From positions 15,281 to 79,280 of the forward strand of contig CAXHJY010000913.1 in the NCBI GenBank assembly GCA_964016885.1: a stretch of 64,000 nt of DNA, in the 5' to 3' direction. The notes below the pieces were generated by a model that did no database searches, was not told the DNA's origin, and worked only from the letters and a program-made list of their open reading frames with translations. Shown in pieces: positions 55,369 through 64,000 of the stretch (its first letter is position 1; the number at the start of each line of letters is the position of its first letter). This DNA comes from Eledone cirrhosa (Eukaryota). The translations under genes and the position numbers were made by a program.

Positions 55369-55420
<52 letters not shown>

Positions 55421-55645
55421 TGCAGTATTGAAAGTGTTCAGGAGAGGCATTTTTGCTATTCAGTAAAGCTCTGATTAATTTTTCCAAGTTTCTCTTAAAG
55501 AGGAATCACTTGGTGGAGATGGTTCCTTTCTAACTAGTTAGTTGAAAGATTGATAAAAAGTGATAATGTTTAACAGGACTGCTCCCATATCATATGGCGA
55601 TGATGATCCCAGCACGGGTTAATCAACAGGCTGAACGAAAGACGA

Positions 55646-55685
<40 letters not shown>

Positions 55686-56069
55686 CTACACATATAATTG
55701 GATAATATATATATACTGGCATACAACAAAGAAGCTAAATTTATAGCAATTAATCTGTTATTCCGAATTTTATCAGTAACCATGTTTTTCCTGTATAAGT
55801 GAAGCGTTTAACAGCAGGAGACACCAATACGAGTCAAAAGATTCGGGTTACCTCCCTAACTCTGGGCTGTAGATGTTTTAGAAATAAAGATTCTTATCAA
55901 TTGCTTGTTAAATGGCCCAAAATTTATTACCAAATGGAGAGTAAATTTTCTCGTTCATTTAAGCTCAGAAATATTAGTATGTGAAATCGAAATATTCCTT
56001 GAGTTCAAATTTCATTAATAACTTTAATTTTTTTTATAACTTAACAGCTTATTTCCTTTACTAAACAGT

Positions 56070-56930
56070 TAGATATTACTACATGGGTCCAAGAGACAGA
56101 ATTGCGATGGCGTTATCCTTCAGGAAAGCGAGAAATATGTGCTGAAGGAGCCAGTGCAACAGGTGGGACTCGTTCTTGCGGATGGCTATCTACACCCCGA
56201 TTAAAATTATGATGAAGCTTATGAGGAGAATATATGTTCATAACATTGAGAATCATGATTATGGTGATGATGATGATGATGGGGAAGATGATGCTAAAAC
56301 ATACAATATTTTGATGTGTACGGCACCAATATAGCGACTATGGGACCGCGCAACTGCAGCAAAATCACCAGTCTGGGAGGTCATCAAAATAGTTTTTAAA
56401 TCATATCTCTTCCTTTGATGTATTTTCAACAACCCTGTATTAACTATAGTTTTAAAAAATCTCTCGGACAGAACATAAGTACATCATCTGGAACTCTCAA
56501 CAATTTGAAAACAAACAACTCAGCCTAAGGATAGTATGTTTCTTAAGAGCTTAAGGACGTGACGTTGATGGTAAGCCCTTAGGATTTGATGTGGGGAGGG
56601 GGTATATAATTTTACATTAGAGTAAATGACGTTAACGCAGGACTGAGAGATTTGTTATAGTAGGATAGAGTTAAAGGCAATCAAGCGTTAAGAAGGAAGA
56701 GCCGTACAAACAACTCCTTCTAAACCAGTCAATTCCCAGCACATTTACAAATATTTGCAACAGCAGTTACGCCATCAAGTTGGTCACTAGCTTATCACGA
56801 ATTATGTTTCACTGTTTCCGGTAGAGTAAATTGCTTCCGCGCTTACGCAGTGTTGGCATTTGACAAGAAGGCGCCAGCAGTGATCCGCCAATGTACCGTA
56901 GCTGGTCATGGGGAAATGTATCACTGATTC
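56070..56930 (-). mobile_element. Heavily decayed CRE-like retrotransposon 3' region
   Basis: Collinear minus-strand peptides ICKCAG, FCPRDFL, TIVNTG, EEI*FKNYFDDLPDW and NESHLLHWLLQHIFLAFLKDNAIAIL match in order FCSRNL, SVINPG, EEVKFLKYPSLSDR and CEPHELEWLFQRISLAVLRGNAFSIL of the copy at 21312 (the Cys motif lies upstream of that copy's truncation). Confidence 0.55.
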
Positions 56931-57018
56931 GCTTTAGAGACAGCTACTCAGCACGCACACTACCTCGTTATTCAAATACTTTGTTACACTCTGGCATACA
57001 TATATGGTCACATACGTG

Positions 57019-57058
<40 letters not shown>

Positions 57059-57087
57059 TATATGTATATATAGAACACACATACATG

Positions 57088-57220
<133 letters not shown>

Positions 57221-58827
57221 GCACATAGATTTTTCTCTCTTTACATATATATATATATATAAATACAAAACATACCTTACTGCTGATTATATATTTTCTT
57301 CGTAATTTCGTACTAGTTTCTAGCGGTCTGTCAGCCTGTCTAGGATAGTAAGGTTACTAAGTCCTTTAGTAATATTTCTAGATTTCCATAAATAAAAGAT
57401 GGGTCGTACAGATAAAAAAGAGCCTATATAAGCCCTTTGCTTTCTCTCTTTAGGCAACATTCGTGAGGTAAAAATGGAAATCATGCATGCATGAGTAACC
57501 CCTGATCCTCCATGAAGATAATCATCTGGTTAATTAATTTAATGGGCATATGTTTATGTTTTAACACTATGTAATGATTTATCAGAAAATACCTAAAATA
57601 AAGAAAAAAACAGTCTCGTTAATTCAAATAGTTGTAGTATCTTTTTTAGAGGACAGGCTGTTGTAGAAATATATAATATTAGAGTGGTGGCTTTGATCTT
57701 TAATGTGATGGAGTTATAGTAGTTGATGTTTTGTATTTAAAAAAATGTCTTTCTAATGTGGTTTCATGCAGTGCAGGACATTAATTCTGAACATCCTTCA
57801 AACATTGAGCAGAAAATAAGTAAAAATCAGATTTGTTAATTCAAATGTGCATCTTTACTAGTGGATGGATGGTTGTAAAAATATGCAGGTCAATTATTAG
57901 TGTGATGCAATTAATTATGATAATTATAATGCTGTGTAGGCATTTTTATTCATTAAACCTTAATATCGTCTCATGATTTAGCTGGTTTGTTAGTACGATG
58001 TTTTATAGTATACATTACTAGTGGGTAGCTGATTGTGAAAATTTGCAACAAACTAAAGTTGTGCTGCTTTGCAACAAACTAAACTTGTGCTGCTTTGTAC
58101 TTAGTAAAGTGGTTTCATCTGGCTCATGACGTTAAAAGCAGGGATTATTTAACGTGTCGTTGACCACTGCTTGTGTAGTTCCCAAATTAATTTTGTTTCA
58201 AACACTACATGCGTTTACATGGTAAATGATATTTAAAGGAATTAAAATACTTATAAAACCTTACAAATATTCATTACAAATGCTTGTCAGACTCAGTGAA
58301 TACCAATCACTGAGTCAGGGTTCCTGCCTCACAGATTTTTGCAGTTCTAGAATTTCCTTAAAATAAACCCGGGTAAACAGTTAAGAGATTCGCTTAGCAA
58401 TCATGCGTGGATAAATGTCGTGTGAAGTAGATTTCACGCAAATAAATTAGCATTGAAAATAATTCATGCAGAAAAATAGCAATGTTAAATGGTGGGTGCT
58501 CCATCGGTTTTGACGATGAATTATTCTGTTGTTTGATCAACTGTACACACTATTCGTTTAAGATACAACGCATAAGTGGATGAATGTTTGACAGACACTT
58601 GAACTAAAATTAATTATCAGACCGAAGCAGCTGGAGAAGGCCAGGCCTTTGCATTAGGGGTACGACCCATTCGACGGGCTTGCACACAATTCCCGTCTAC
58701 CCAAATTCACGGACAAGGTTTGGTCGACTTATAGGTATGACAAAGCCATTTGCCCAAGAAGCTACACAGTGGGATAGAACCTAAGACATCATTATTTTAA
58801 AGGATACGTTAATCTAACGATATGAGT

Positions 58828-59095
58828 GTGAAGGCGCGTGGCTTAGTGGTTAGATCAACGAGCTTGCAATCGTGAGTTTAAGAGTTCGATTCCCGAACTG
58901 GGTGGTGCGTTGTGTCTTTGAGCATGACACTTTATTTCGTGTTGCTCCAGTTTACTCAGCTGTACATCACTGATATCCTCATCCATGTGAAGAGGTTAGA
59001 CTGGTATCCATGGCCGACTGCTGGTCTTCCACAAACAAACTTGCCCAGGTTTGTGCATCGGACGGGAACATTCTACTTGCAAATCCCATGCCCAT
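58828..59095 (+). mobile_element. tRNA-derived SINE family B with CORE-like domain
   Basis: A box GGCGCGTGGCTTAGTGG, B box GAGTTCGATTCCC, then GTTGTGTCTTTGAGCATGACACTT...CTCCAGTTTACTCAGCTGT. Confidence 0.75.
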
Positions 59096-59119
59096 TCATG
59101 ATTGAAGGGTGTCTTTACT

Positions 59120-59157
<38 letters not shown>

Positions 59158-59159
<2 letters not shown>

Positions 59160-59235
59160 TGTCCCCAAAGATGTAGACACACGTTTATTATAATGCTGTT
59201 GAAATGTGTATACATTTTTAGAGGAACACCCTGTA
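59158..59235. mobile_element. ~76-bp Tc1/mariner-type MITE in TA
   Basis: Imperfect TIRs GGTGTCCCCAAAGATGTAGACACA / TGTGTATACATTTTTAGAGGAACACCCTG-TA. Confidence 0.6.
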
Positions 59236-59748
59236 TATATATGGCAAAATTGATTGAGACGTAAAGGCAATTCTGAACTATCATTGGCTGATATTCAGTA
59301 ACGTGTTTTCTCATGTTAATCCGGCCCTTCTAAATGAAACTATGTTACTATTTCACAGACGTTGTCTCAGTAGATTTTGTGCCTCTGTTGAAGGATTTGG
59401 GTATACATTAATTAAGATGGCTGCGGTGATACGAGGTCTGAATGTTATCTTTAAATTTTCTATGATTCCGATGTTGTCAACAAGTGTCTTTTTATATAAT
59501 TTAATACTATAGTGTGAAGAGACAGTATGAAGTAAGGATTGTGTGAAGAATGCCTTATCTTTTGTGTATGTATACATATATGTGTGTGTGTAGAGAGGGG
59601 GTATGCACGCACACAGAAACACACACTCATACACACACTCAAATTATTTATATAATATTTACACTCTACTTACACTAAAGCATAGATTACTGAGTTGAAT
59701 AACGGTCTTACTAGTCTCAATTAGTAACATCTTATCTCTGACTCCGTC

Positions 59749-63294
<3,546 letters not shown>

Positions 63295-63356
63295 TTTGAA
63301 AGGGTATGTATAAACAGCATGCCACGATTAAAAGCCTCAAGACTGGGGTAAACATC

Positions 63357-63542
63357 GGGAGTGTTGGCAGTATCGGTAGAGGGTCGGACGCCATGCTTTC
63401 AAGCATAGAGTTACCTCCCTTTATGATCGGAGTTCAAATCCCGCCGAGATTAACTTTGCCTTTCATCCTTACAGGGTCGATAAAATAAAGTACCAGTAAT
63501 ACACTGGGATATTTGCTGTCCTTGTGCCAAAAAGTAGAAACT
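63357..63542 (+). mobile_element. SINE family A
   Basis: Homology to 728-906. Confidence 0.87.
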
Positions 63543-64000
63543 CTTATGTATTACATTAAAATAGCCATAGTAAATAGAATTGTTAACCGTTGTATTAATC
63601 ATTGGAATGATTCTTGTAGAGATAACAATTCCTCTACAATATAGTTTACTGCTTCTTAAAGTGCGTAACATAGAGGACCATAAAATATTCGAATGACTAG
63701 TGATAGGTGTGTATATTTATCTAAAAACATCCCCGTGGAATTCTTTTTATACTGTGGCCTCTAGCATCTTGAAGAAATGAGTAGTATCGATAACCATCTC
63801 TTCTGCCTTGCTGCATTTATTCCGTATACGAATAATCCATTCGATATATTTCTTAAAATTGCTAGAAACCAACAAACCCCCAACATCCACCGCTTGTCAT
63901 CTTCAGGGTCCTTTGTTTAGGAAACATAATACCACTTACAATACCTGTTTCCTGAAGTTGCCATACTTTAACAAGTAATTCTGTCTGTCCACAGGGCCAT

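Noticed and set aside
56068-56930. Apparent exons with plausible splice sites (minus ~56847-56931 and ~56305-56435; plus ~56068-56161)
   Set aside because: Better explained as a decayed CRE element whose motifs run collinearly through the supposed introns; exonisation is not excluded without RNA data

Overview
AT-rich, microsatellite-saturated eukaryotic non-coding DNA. The SINE families and the extreme (TA)n/(CA)n/(TACA)n load suggest a cephalopod (octopus-like) genome; that assignment is inference. I find no intact protein-coding gene: nearly all long ORFs are translations of simple repeats. Recognisable content: about 15 copies of a ~190-bp tRNA-derived SINE, CORE-like SINEs, decayed non-LTR retrotransposon fragments (RTE, two CRE-like, one HERO-like), a 61-bp minisatellite and a 3.5-kb (TA)n array. 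The main signal is a set of short 70-460 bp modules sitting inside or beside (TA)n/(CA)n tracts. Many form long DNA palindromes and carry minimal type I hammerhead ribozyme folds (stem I-CUGANGA-stem II-GAAA-short, often palindromic stem III-UH-stem I). Five have an intact core, and about ten more are variant, truncated or decayed, from at least seven unrelated sequence families. They resemble Penelope-like element pseudo-LTRs or retrozyme-like units reduced to a ribozyme cassette that inserts into microsatellites. All folds were done by eye and need computational and biochemical confirmation.
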